Shown here piece by piece: positions 17,344-25,634 of a DNA stretch of 32,000 nt (positions are counted from its first letter, which is position 1; every line of letters begins with the position of its first letter). The DNA is from Candidatus Saccharimonadota bacterium (GTDB taxonomy: Archaea > Micrarchaeota > Micrarchaeia > Micrarchaeales > Micrarchaeaceae). The position numbers were made by a program, and so were the translations under genes. The notes beneath the pieces were generated by a model. It did no database searches. It saw nothing but the letters and a program-made list of their open reading frames with translations, and had not been told where the DNA came from. The DNA lies in contig OY970071.1 of NCBI GenBank assembly GCA_963705375.1, forward strand, positions 120,001 through 152,000. Direction: 5' to 3'.

Positions 17344-17357
17344 GGAGATATTTATGC
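17344..17357 (-). promoter_or_regulatory. promoter GCATAAATATCTCC for 16447..17244
   Basis: CGCTTAGGAGATATTTATGC is shared with the paralog promoter at 22961-22980. Confidence 0.55.
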
Positions 17358-17401
17358 TTTGTTTTTCAGCATCTTAGCAGCAAAAGCAAGAAAAAAGCAA
17401 C

Positions 17402-17440
17402 TTTTCTCAAACATGCTTGGAGTTGCTAAGAGAATTTAAG
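17402..17440 (-). repeat. hairpin repeat copy B
   Basis: TTTTCTCAAACATGCTTGGAGTTGCTAAGAGAATTTAAG, 47 nt after the stop of 17488..17694. Confidence 0.7.
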
Positions 17441-17487
17441 CAGATAAGACCGGAGACTGATAATCGGGCTGGAAAGCGATGTGGGAT

Positions 17488-17694
17488 TCAGCCCCTATTC
17501 TCATTCAGTTCAACAGCTAATGCATCTAAGGCAGCGTACATCTCTTCACAAGTGATCTTCTTATCTTCAGCAATCGTCAACGAAGACACCCGATAAGATG
17601 GTCCGCTGTTGCCAGATTCTACTCGCATATTTGTCGAATCCAAAACGGTTTTAGAAGCCGGCATTGCTGGTGGGTTTTTCGAGATCATGGCCAT
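17488..17694 (-). CDS. small hypothetical protein (68 aa)
   Basis: Has its own consensus promoter (TATAAGTAT on the coding strand, plus 17731-17739) 37-45 nt upstream of the ATG. Confidence 0.45.
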   Translation of the reverse strand: MAMISKNPPAMPASKTVLDSTNMRVESGNSGPSYRVSSLTIAEDKKITCEEMYAALDALAVELNENRG

Positions 17695-17730
17695 TGTAAC
17701 AACCTTTCTATAAGATATATCGTCTAGGAA

Positions 17731-17788
17731 ATACTTATATCCTCGGTTTTTTTGCAGTTTATGCGTGTAAGTTTGTGCTTTTGTAAGC
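17731..17788 (-). promoter_or_regulatory. island promoter module for 17488..17694
   Basis: On the coding strand: GCTTACAAAAGCACAAA (plus 17772-17788), then GCAAAAAAACC, then TATAAGTAT (plus 17731-17739). Confidence 0.6.
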
Positions 17789-17820
17789 TAACTATGTCGG
17801 AACCGGAAAATAAAGCATCA

Positions 17821-17860
17821 TTTTCTCAAACTTGTTTGGAATTGCTAAGATAGTTTGGGA
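17821..17860 (-). repeat. hairpin repeat copy C
   Basis: TTTTCTCAAACTTGTTTGGAATTGCTAAGATAGTTTGGGA, 25 nt after the stop of the methyltransferase gene. Confidence 0.8.
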
Positions 17861-17885
17861 TAAACTTATTCTATCCTCAATGAAG

Positions 17886-18578
17886 CTATTTTCGCAGTAA
17901 CACGATTATTGCCACTTTCCTGCTCTGATCTTTGTAATAGAGCGGACCGTCACCGTCTAAAGCAGCTAATTCGCCAAGTGTAAATGTGTGTGTTACTACG
18001 TCTGTTGGTTTTGGTGAAAGGGACGCAAGTGCTTTCTTGATTCCGCGTTCGTCAAGTGAGATTCGTTGTATTGGTTCGCCCTGTTCTGGAGGCAGTGTTC
18101 CTTTATACGTCACATCAAATACGAGATAGTTTCTTGTCACACGCCACATATCCTGGAGTGCGTAGATATACTCCCTACCCAACAGGGATATTGTGGCAAA
18201 AGTAGTGACCATATCGAAAGATGCACTACGGAAGCACAGCTGTGTTGCATTGCCTTGGATGTATTCAAATGTGGATCTGGATCTGCTCTTGTGTCGCTTT
18301 GCAAGCATCAATGCTTCTGAGGATACATCAAGATTTACCATACTTTTTTGTATTTGGTTGTCAGCGTAATCCAAGTCACAAGCGGTGCCGTATTTTCCAC
18401 AACCCACATCCAAAACTTGCGTTACTTGTGTTAGATCTGCATGCAATCGGGTGAACGCCATAAATGCGCCTGGACTGCTGAGCTCGTCAGGATTTTCTCT
18501 CCACTCTTTATTCCAGTAACCTATTACTGACTGTTTTGTGGTCAGTTCCTTGACAGAGTCCGACTTTTTAATATTCAT
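17886..18578 (-). CDS. class I SAM-dependent methyltransferase
   Basis: Motif I VLDVGCGKYG, followed by NLDVS and FDMVTTFATI. The tracked ORF start (18614) lies inside the hairpin repeat, so MNIKK (18578) is the likely start. Confidence 0.8.
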   Translation of the reverse strand: MNIKKSDSVKELTTKQSVIGYWNKEWRENPDELSSPGAFMAFTRLHADLTQVTQVLDVGCGKYGTACDLDYADNQIQKSMVNLDVSSEALMLAKRHKSRSRSTFEYIQGNATQLCFRSASFDMVTTFATISLLGREYIYALQDMWRVTRNYLVFDVTYKGTLPPEQGEPIQRISLDERGIKKALASLSPKPTDVVTHTFTLGELAALDGDGPLYYKDQSRKVAIIVLLRK

Positions 18579-18604
18579 AATATATCCCGATAGAGCAAAA
18601 CATA

Positions 18605-18646
18605 TTTTTCTCAAACTAACTTGGAAATGCTAAAAGAATCATAGAC
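18605..18646 (-). repeat. hairpin repeat copy D (degenerate 3' half)
   Basis: TTTTTCTCAAACTAACTTGGAAATGCTAAAAGAATCATAGAC, 7 nt after the stop of 18654..18869. Confidence 0.65.
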
Positions 18647-18653
18647 TGGCATG

Positions 18654-18869
18654 CTATTTATGCATCCGTCCCTTTGCAAGCTCATTGGCGCTTTTGACTG
18701 GATCATTATCCGTATGTAGTACCTTGCCGTTAAGTTCAGACAGTATCATATCTAAGGCATTTGCTTGCTCCTCAACATTAGGCGTCTCTGACAGCGATGC
18801 ATCTTCATTTAAGATATCGCGCAGATTTTTGCAGGAATCCATTAATCTCTCTTTTTTATAAGTATCCAT
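18654..18869 (-). CDS. small hypothetical protein (71 aa)
   Basis: Acidic ORF in line with neighbouring genes. A TATA-like AGTATATTTG on the coding strand lies about 20-25 nt upstream. Confidence 0.45.
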   Translation of the reverse strand: MDTYKKERLMDSCKNLRDILNEDASLSETPNVEEQANALDMILSELNGKVLHTDNDPVKSANELAKGRMHK

Positions 18870-19074
18870 TCGAACACCTTTCGATCAAATATACTCTTAG
18901 GCAAACTTATGGGTTCAGTCTTCAGGTTTAGGTGAATCTGACTTGGTGATTCATCTGGCCATTAGCGTCATGACGCGCATATGTCATCTTATAGAGAAAG
19001 GGCCTTGTTCCTTCACAGGTTCTACAATGTGCCCATTTCTCTTCAGATGCTTACCGCTCATCAGGTTTCTCTTC

Positions 19075-19299
19075 TTATGCCTGCTCCTCAGGATCTTTTT
19101 CCTGCGTGATTATGAGTGCTTGCAACCTGAAGTTAGCAGCTTCTCCTAGTTCTTTAGGCTCTAATGCCAGTTCAGGATTTCTCAGTAGTGCCACTACTCT
19201 CTCGGCATAGACTCTGGTCCAATCACACTTAGATTCTGGATCTATCCGTTTAGCTATCTCGTCCAAAGTCATTGGTCTGTCTTTTTGTATCGTGGTCAT
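19075..19299 (-). CDS. small hypothetical protein (74 aa)
   Basis: Complete island promoter module upstream (plus 19331-19386). Confidence 0.5.
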   Translation of the reverse strand: MTTIQKDRPMTLDEIAKRIDPESKCDWTRVYAERVVALLRNPELALEPKELGEAANFRLQALIITQEKDPEEQA

Positions 19300-19330
19300 G
19301 TAAATCCTTGTTAACTGATATTTTTTAAGA

Positions 19331-19386
19331 AATACTTATATGTTATGTTTTCTGGCAATTTGTCTGTAAATATTTGTGATTTTGAC
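19331..19386 (-). promoter_or_regulatory. island promoter module for 19075..19299
   Basis: On the coding strand: GTCAAAATCACAAA (plus 19373-19386), GCCAGAAAAC, TATAAGTATT (plus 19331-19340). Confidence 0.65.
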
Positions 19387-19433
19387 GTCCTATGTCACAA
19401 TCAGAACACAAAGTGTATTTGTGCCTTCTCATG

Positions 19434-20876
19434 CTACGCGCTTGATGCCGCTTTTGGTAGGTTGAGTGCTTTGACTGCCGCTATGGCTTCGGCATTGCTA
19501 AATCCGAGTTCTTTGAGCTTTGCGGCAATTATCCTCTCCATCATTAGTTGTTATTCCGAAAGCCCGTGTAGAAGTCACTTTTATTGCATTTTCAAGAGCA
19601 AGGTCTGCTTTGTGTCTCTCCCCGCGCTCCATAAACTGCTTTCTTTCGGCCAGAAGTTGCACGACACCGTCTATTGCTAGAGAGGTACATTCCTCTCTCG
19701 GTACTTCTAAAACTCTGAGCGCCATCATCACATTTGGCTGAATGCCGTCTATCTTTCCTTCCTCCATAAGGTGTACAATTCCCCCTAGCAGCTGTCGTCT
19801 CGCGTCTTCCAAGGTCAGTCTGAAAGTTTTGAATATGTGTGAAGCCTCGTCTATTCGTGCGCTGTTCATGAGCTCTCCAAATTGCGCTATTGCCAGAGGT
19901 ATCACTTCGGGTATTGAGGCATCTATCTCCTTTCTTGTTAGTTCAAGATCGGATATGACATTTGCGGCTTTGGATATCTCCCCGTCGTTTACAGACTCCG
20001 AAACTGTTTCTAACACATATTTTCGCGGTATTCCGAAAATAGCGGCCATTTTTAGGGCGCCCTCTCCACGCCCTGCCTTTACACTCTTTCTAACTTCTTT
20101 CATCGCATCGGGTTTGAAAGATTCGAGCTCCTCAATTGTTAGTTTAAAATTCAAGGCTGTTTCTAAGGCATCATGTGCCCAAAGACTACCTTTAACCAGA
20201 AGTTCTCCAACTTCTACCGTCACCTCTTCTATTAGTTTATCGTCTATATCCTCCCTTTTAAGTCCGTACTTCAAGAATATTCTTGAGGCTTCCAGTGCGC
20301 TCTTCTGATCCACAAGCGCTTGAACTACTGCCAGAACCTTTGATTTTGGCAGAGAATGGTCTGAGCCTATAAGGGAACTCTTTTATGGCTTCGACTTTGT
20401 CTACTCCATCTGCCACAAGCTCATCAAATAACTTTTTTGCATCAACCCTTGTTAAGTCAAAGATAGGAGCGACCATTTCATACGCGTTCAGCCATATTCC
20501 TTCTTCTTTGCTCATCATTTTTATCTGCGCTTTCGCATCCATACGCAAAGCAAGCTGCTCTATCAACACGGGCATGAAGGATTCTGCGTCATTTCTTGTT
20601 AAATGATGGTATCTTTTAGGCCTAACCCTGCTTTTGTGGCATCAAACAAATCTCCTTCCTTTATGAGAGTCCCGATCGCCTTCACTACCGCCGCTTTCTT
20701 CTTTGGGCTGGCAGATTGAGATCCAAGGTGCTCTTTTCTACTTCCGTCTGACTTATACCTGTTCGCTGTTCTAAATCTAGAAGCGCTGCAAATTGTTTTA
20801 CTTCTTTTTCTACAACTTCGTCCCTATTCGAGTTTTTTGACGTAGCAGGCAAAGAACCACTTATTATCATGTTCAA
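19434..20876 (-). pseudogene. family R helical-repeat protein gene broken by at least four frame changes
   Basis: ORFs 20685..20876, a 20599..20715 frame, 20258..20575 (extendable upstream), 19498..20313 and a 19434..19545 frame each continue the same repeat pattern (for example PKKKAAVVKAIGTLIKEGDLFDATKA, LTRNDAESFMPVLIEQL, PKSKVLAVVQALVDQKSALEASRIF, AFGITTND then RIIAAKLKELGFSNAEAIAAVKAL). Confidence 0.6.
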
Positions 20877-20960
20877 TGATATTTAAGCAATACATATCGA
20901 ACGATGCCATAAGCCTTGCTTGATAGTCCGACTTGGCCACAACCCGTGCGCAAAACATAT

Positions 20961-20999
20961 TTTTCTTAAACTTGCTTGGAATTGCTAAGATAATTTAAG
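20961..20999 (-). repeat. hairpin repeat copy E
   Basis: TTTTCTTAAACTTGCTTGGAATTGCTAAGATAATTTAAG, 8 nt after the stop of 21008..21496. Confidence 0.8.
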
Positions 21000-21007
21000 A
21001 CGACAGT

Positions 21008-21496
21008 TCAAATGACGGATACATCTGTGCGAAGAAATCTTGCATCTCCAATTATTGCAACTACTTTCTCATCGGGTATTTCAAAGGCGGAGGCTACGTA
21101 GCAGACTGCCTTCTTCCATCCAATCAAGTCTTTACTCACTTTATCCACAAAACCTGGAAGCTGCGCAATCACCTCTGGTTGGAAAGGTTCAACTTCCTCT
21201 TTTGTTAGTTTGAAAAGTGTGACTGCGTCTGCAGCACAATATAACTTTCCTTTTATCAAAAGCACTCCGACTGCTTTTGTTACTTCTGGTTTGAAGAAGC
21301 CTATCTCATCGTTCATTCCAAAAACAGTGATCGCGTCCCGGGCAATGCGCGGATAACCCCTCTCCAAAAATGTTCTAACCTCAAATCGGCCTGCGTCTTC
21401 TTTTAATCCGTGTTTATCAAGATAGTCGAGATTCCATTTTTCTCCTACACCTATCGGGCCTTGTTGCGGCTTTGATTTGTTCGTTGCGTGCTGCAT
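21008..21496 (-). CDS. family R helical-repeat protein (3-4 repeats)
   Basis: ARDAITVFGMNDEIGFFKPEVTKAVGVLLIKGKLYC and AADAVTLFKLTKEEVEPFQPEVIAQL follow the repeat consensus of 27646..29481. Confidence 0.7.
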   Translation of the reverse strand: MQHATNKSKPQQGPIGVGEKWNLDYLDKHGLKEDAGRFEVRTFLERGYPRIARDAITVFGMNDEIGFFKPEVTKAVGVLLIKGKLYCAADAVTLFKLTKEEVEPFQPEVIAQLPGFVDKVSKDLIGWKKAVCYVASAFEIPDEKVVAIIGDARFLRTDVSVI

Positions 21497-21604
21497 GTAG
21501 CTCCTCGTAGTTCTATAATAATAGGAAATATTTAAGCAGATATGCCGGCTCTATAAAACTTTGCTTAAGTGCCTGACTTCACTGCAATCAGTGCGCAAAA
21601 CATA

Positions 21605-21645
21605 TTTTTCTCAAACTTGCTTGGAATTGCTAAGATAGTTTGGGG
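21605..21645 (-). repeat. hairpin repeat copy F (best copy)
   Basis: TTTTTCTCAAACTTGCTTGGAATTGCTAAGATAGTTTGGGG, 36 nt after the stop of 21682..22914. Confidence 0.8.
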
Positions 21646-21681
21646 TATGTGTGTTTAAATTGAACGCTAGTCATGCCCAGC

Positions 21682-22914
21682 TCACAAAGCAGCAGGCGCT
21701 TTGGCAAATACGTATAGCTGATCTTCAAGATCACAGCAAGGAGTAAAGCCGTTACGCACGGCTTCATTCCATAGCTCTTTTGCATAAGAGAGGTGCCTGT
21801 CATCAGCGGACACGAGGTCTCCGATTAAGGTGAATTTGCACATGAGTGCAGCACACTCCGAAACGTCGTTAACAGCATCCAGTATGGCGGCATCACTTGC
21901 TTCATAAGCATATGGATTTGTATTAGCATCTGCACGCAGGCTGACCTCTGCAATAGCGTCATCTTCTGCTTCGCTCATAACGTCATAAACTGCTTCCTCT
22001 GTCGCATTGCATGCCAGTTGATGGACAAAATCCATTACCGTAGACCGCGATGCCGCCTGTGCCACTGACTGGGCTACGATGGTCGCTTCTTTCCGTTTTG
22101 CGTTCCACATGGCGTTCCGGTTTGCACCTACTGGCGCATCAAATGGCACAGCACTTATTGCCGCACCAAGTGCAGCAAATTGCGCCGAGGCCAACGTACC
22201 GCCATAGTGCGTGATCCACTCCTCCTTCGGCGCGCATTGCGGACGGAAGAAAGAAGTAGTTGGGATGTCATACGATATGAATTTTATAACAAGGTACTTG
22301 ACAGAGTCCGGTACGTTTGCAGTCTCCAGCATCATCCATAATTTGAGCATATCTGGCTTTAGTAGCGAAGGCAGCAGCTCAAATCCTGATTCATTCAAAT
22401 GATCAAATACAAAACCCAGAATATTTTTCTTACGTTCATTAGGGACGTGTTTTTCTTCGAGCACTTTCCATAGCTCCATGGCTCCTTGGCTTCCTTCCAC
22501 GGCCTTATGTATAAGATAGTTGCGCTTGATTAGCTCATCTGTGCTCGTGTTTACAAGATAGTCTCTTCGATGTTCGGCGTCTGCCGGCTCACTCGCAGTA
22601 TCGTTTGGGGAAGAAGAGCCACGCAGTAGCACATACTTATCGAACTCCAAACTTCCACTGAAATAGTTAACAGCAGAAAAGACATAGCTCGCATCGAAAG
22701 ATTGAGTCTCTGTAAACCAACTCCTGATTACTGCCTCTGCCTCTTCTGGAGGATTTCGCATCGCATTGATTGCAGCCAAGACCCTATCCTTATTACCAGT
22801 TCCTATCTCGCTTTTAATAAATTCGACCCACTCTCCGCGCAGCCTTTCCGGTGCTAAATTCACGATTTCTTTGATACGCTCGTTACCTTTTTGAGTATCA
22901 TTATGACCGTTCAT
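21682..22914 (-). CDS. family N domain fused to family W domain (410 aa)
   Basis: The N-terminal 260 aa or so are paralogous to 16447..17244. The remainder carries W signatures (LVIKFISYDIPTTSFFRPQCAPKEEWITHYGG, then AKELWNEAVRNGF). Confidence 0.75.
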   Translation of the reverse strand: MNGHNDTQKGNERIKEIVNLAPERLRGEWVEFIKSEIGTGNKDRVLAAINAMRNPPEEAEAVIRSWFTETQSFDASYVFSAVNYFSGSLEFDKYVLLRGSSSPNDTASEPADAEHRRDYLVNTSTDELIKRNYLIHKAVEGSQGAMELWKVLEEKHVPNERKKNILGFVFDHLNESGFELLPSLLKPDMLKLWMMLETANVPDSVKYLVIKFISYDIPTTSFFRPQCAPKEEWITHYGGTLASAQFAALGAAISAVPFDAPVGANRNAMWNAKRKEATIVAQSVAQAASRSTVMDFVHQLACNATEEAVYDVMSEAEDDAIAEVSLRADANTNPYAYEASDAAILDAVNDVSECAALMCKFTLIGDLVSADDRHLSYAKELWNEAVRNGFTPCCDLEDQLYVFAKAPAAL

Positions 22915-22966
22915 GTCTCAGAGCACCGTGCCTTTCTATATCGATAGATATCTAATATGCCGCTTA

Positions 22967-23027
22967 GGAGATATTTATGCACTTCTTTTAATTGCAAGTT
23001 GTTTGTTGTTTTTTGTGATTTTGTAAG
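22967..23027 (-). promoter_or_regulatory. island promoter module for 21682..22914
   Basis: On the coding strand: CTTACAAAATCACAAA (plus 23012-23027), then GCATAAATATCTCC (plus 22967-22980). Confidence 0.6.
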
Positions 23028-23083
23028 AGTGTTATCTACAGAAACTGTGAAGTAATAGTACGTCATATTGCAGACCGAAGGTG

Positions 23084-23120
23084 CTCTCAAACTAAGTTGA
23101 AAATATTCTCATTGCTCACT
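23084..23120 (-). repeat. hairpin repeat copy G (degenerate)
   Basis: CTCTCAAACTAAGTTGAAAATATTCTCATTGCTCACT resembles copy D. Lies 25 nt after the stop of 23146..23658. Confidence 0.45.
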
Positions 23121-23145
23121 AGAGCTAGCTAGGAATCATTCTGCC

Positions 23146-23658
23146 CTATTCTGAACTTTTGGTTCGCTCAAACTTCTTTAGATCGTGAGCAGAGTCCGCT
23201 GCGTCTTTGTTAACGCGCTTAAGAATCACCACAGAAGCTGCATTCGCAGGTTTAAGGCGACTCCCTGCATCACAGATGAAATAATCATTGATGCTGTCGC
23301 GTGCGAAGCAAATCGACGCAACACGTCCGTTCTCGGGTTCTGAATCACGGATGTATCCCCACACCAAGTTTTTGTATCCATCGAATATCTCTATAAACTC
23401 AAGGAAGAGTCTATGGTTAGACTTTATTTCGTTTGCCTCAGAAAGTGTGAGCATTTCCCAACTATGGCCGTCCAATCGGCATCTTCTTGCTATTAGCTCT
23501 GTCAGGGTGAAGTCCAGCCCTGCACTTCCAGAGTATGCCATAACCAAGAAGCTCTTGCGGCTTACATTAATCTCTTCGGACCATATCGGTTCTGGCATCC
23601 TAACTTCTTTTTTGATTTGCATTTTATCTACCATAAGTCTAACGTTGTGTTGCCGCAT
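23146..23658 (-). CDS. hypothetical protein (start may be MPEPIW at 23598)
   Basis: 170-aa ORF. Faint resemblance to DUF1566/Lcl-type domains (GHSWEMLTLSEANEI, VVILKRV). Not reliable. Confidence 0.5.
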   Translation of the reverse strand: MRQHNVRLMVDKMQIKKEVRMPEPIWSEEINVSRKSFLVMAYSGSAGLDFTLTELIARRCRLDGHSWEMLTLSEANEIKSNHRLFLEFIEIFDGYKNLVWGYIRDSEPENGRVASICFARDSINDYFICDAGSRLKPANAASVVILKRVNKDAADSAHDLKKFERTKSSE

Positions 23659-23754
23659 CTGTCTCTTCTAGAAATCTGCTATCTCGCATCACAGCCAGCA
23701 TGCGATTTTTGTCATCTTCGAAACGTGCCTGGACGTTTCACTTGATCATTCTTT

Positions 23755-24777
23755 TTATGTTGGCGGACTTGATATTCGGCTAACTACTCTCGATGCACGG
23801 GATTTCAACATCCCTTCATTGATAAGATATGAAAGCACATCATCCTTTTGCAGATGGAATAGCTCTGCCAATTTCGACACCAGTCTTGCTGCGGCATCTA
23901 CTCTCCTTTCCTCTGCAATTTCCTTGATTTTCGCCTTCACTTCCGGGACCACTTTTTCGTCTGGCGAATATACTGAAAGGCGAGCCTCGTCAATTTCATG
24001 AGCACTCGCACCCTTTGCCAAGAGCCGTATGATGTTGTCTATGTTCGCCTTTATGTAATTTGATTCTATCCTTTCTGCAGAAGCAGAATCGAATGCGCTC
24101 AATTCCTTTTCTTGCGCTATTTTTGAATTTTCGAGCTGAATAGATCTTTTCCGTAGGCTTTTGACCGCGACTAAAGAGAGTTCCTGTTGCTGCGCAACAA
24201 TCCTGTGCACCCAGTTTGCATTAGGTTTTGATATTTCTTTCATCAGTTTGTCTGACAGCTCGAAGAACGTCACAAGCAAGCAGTCCAATGCGACATTGTA
24301 TCGACCGCACGCGATATGGTTCTTCATTTCCTCTAACGCGTCGAAGGTATCGTCCCGTATCCAGATATCCATTCCGTACCGAGCACCAAGAAGGCGCACA
24401 AGTTTGTTCGCCAGTTCTTCATCTTTTTTGTCTGTTTTTTCTGCAATCTCACGATCCAATCTACTTAGTGCAGAGTCAGGTTCCGACGCATTCTCAGAGC
24501 GCTTGATCAGGCCATCGTGCAGAGCCTGTGCAAGCTTCGATATGTCGCGGAACATTGCGTTGCGGAACACTACTTTCGATGCATCTCCAGGTTTGCCTGT
24601 TGCAGCTTCCTGTATCGCCGTTGCAGCTGTGCTCGTGAACAATTCATAAAGCACAGAATCCAGCGCTTCCAAGTTCCTGTTTAAATCATAAAGGATCTTG
24701 GCAGACGTGGCCCGTTCTATGGCTGCCGGTGCTTCGTTCGCTGTTTTATGGTGTGTCCCTTTGCTAGACATCGGCAT
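23755..24777 (-). CDS. hypothetical helical protein (340 aa)
   Basis: Long ORF with a promoter variant GCGCATAAATACTC on the coding strand (plus 24808-24820) about 30-40 nt upstream. Confidence 0.65.
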   Translation of the reverse strand: MPMSSKGTHHKTANEAPAAIERATSAKILYDLNRNLEALDSVLYELFTSTAATAIQEAATGKPGDASKVVFRNAMFRDISKLAQALHDGLIKRSENASEPDSALSRLDREIAEKTDKKDEELANKLVRLLGARYGMDIWIRDDTFDALEEMKNHIACGRYNVALDCLLVTFFELSDKLMKEISKPNANWVHRIVAQQQELSLVAVKSLRKRSIQLENSKIAQEKELSAFDSASAERIESNYIKANIDNIIRLLAKGASAHEIDEARLSVYSPDEKVVPEVKAKIKEIAEERRVDAAARLVSKLAELFHLQKDDVLSYLINEGMLKSRASRVVSRISSPPT

Positions 24778-24988
24778 AGCATCACGTCGAATAACACATA
24801 ACTTTTAGAGTATTTATGCGCTTGGTTTTCTGACAGCTTGTTTGCGGTTTCTTGCGATTATGCACATATGTTGAGAAGAAGGCATGGACCGCTGAAGCGC
24901 AAGTCAAAGGGAATTCTCTGAGAACATCAGATATGCTGCTGGCCACATAAAGTGAAATTTTCAGCGCTTCCTGACCGTGGCCTTGCTG

Positions 24989-25510
24989 TCAGGTCGTTCT
25001 GTAAAGTTCTTTAACAACGTCATTAGATATGTCAAAGATGTAGAGTGCTGCGCCTAGTTCATAACCATTATGGCTCTCGCGAAGCGCATGAAGATACTCC
25101 ATTATCTTTGCTTCAAAGGCGTTTTTCTCTCTTGGCCTTAGACCTTCTGTCAGGGCGTCATGCGTTGCAAAAATATTCGGGTAGTCCATATCTTGGAAGT
25201 TGGCTACAAGTCTTGCGGCGCGTATCATATTGTCTCTTACGTTTTCGTCGGACAGCACAAGTGCGTGAAGATAGTTCTGAATGTCCCGTTTGAAAACAGA
25301 GGCAAATTCTTTTGGGTTTATTCCAGCATTTTCAATCTTATTTTGGACGTCTTGCCCCTTCTCTGTCGAGGCAGCATACTCTATAAGTCGTGCAGCTGTT
25401 GTCTGTGTTGGTGCGTGTCGTTGTGAATGGACTTCCATAATCTCATCTCCACAATGCTGTTGTGCCATTAGATATTTATGCATTTCTTTTATTTGTTTGA
25501 GATTGTTCAC
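24989..25510 (-). CDS. hypothetical protein (173 aa)
   Basis: Longest ORF at this locus. Plus-strand overlaps look antisense. Confidence 0.55.
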   Translation of the reverse strand: MNNLKQIKEMHKYLMAQQHCGDEIMEVHSQRHAPTQTTAARLIEYAASTEKGQDVQNKIENAGINPKEFASVFKRDIQNYLHALVLSDENVRDNMIRAARLVANFQDMDYPNIFATHDALTEGLRPREKNAFEAKIMEYLHALRESHNGYELGAALYIFDISNDVVKELYRTT

Positions 25511-25634
25511 ACATCTTCAAACAGGACTGCTCTGAAAAATGTGAGCGGACACTAGCAACGTTTGATTGGAAGCGCTAATTACCCGGCAGCTAGGGAATAT
25601 TTTAAAATGGTTCAGCTCTCAATCTAAACTAGCA

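Noticed and set aside
18857-18867. Plus-strand TATAAGTATCC inside the first codons of the minus-strand gene 18654..18869
   Set aside because: It is the reverse reading of the codons for MDTYK. It lacks the BRE-like and distal boxes of the real modules. Downstream plus-strand ORFs look non-coding. An antisense promoter cannot be excluded without RNA data.
19742-20308. 188-aa plus-strand ORF, with similar antisense ORFs at 10495..10944, 2098..2562, 8126..8551 and 24161..24649
   Set aside because: All lie fully inside better-supported genes on the other strand (motifs, paralogs, promoters). Their products are low-complexity Ser/Cys/Phe-rich.
17285-23120. CRISPR array interpretation of the 40-nt repeats
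   Set aside because: Spacing is irregular (about 80 bp to 2.3 kb). The intervals contain complete genes with promoters. Copies are diverged rather than near-identical. No cas genes are present.
17285-23120. Canonical integron attC sites
   Set aside because: The stem ends read CTCAAAC and GTTTGRG, which do not fit the RYYYAAC/GTTRRRY core. Each gene has its own promoter. No IntI-like recombinase is in the window. Only the looser idea of a cassette boundary is kept as a hypothesis.
25468-25480. GCATAAATATCT-like promoter motif inside ORF 24989..25510
   Set aside because: It lies within the N-terminal codons (MHKYL). No suitably spaced downstream start codon would give a better gene model.
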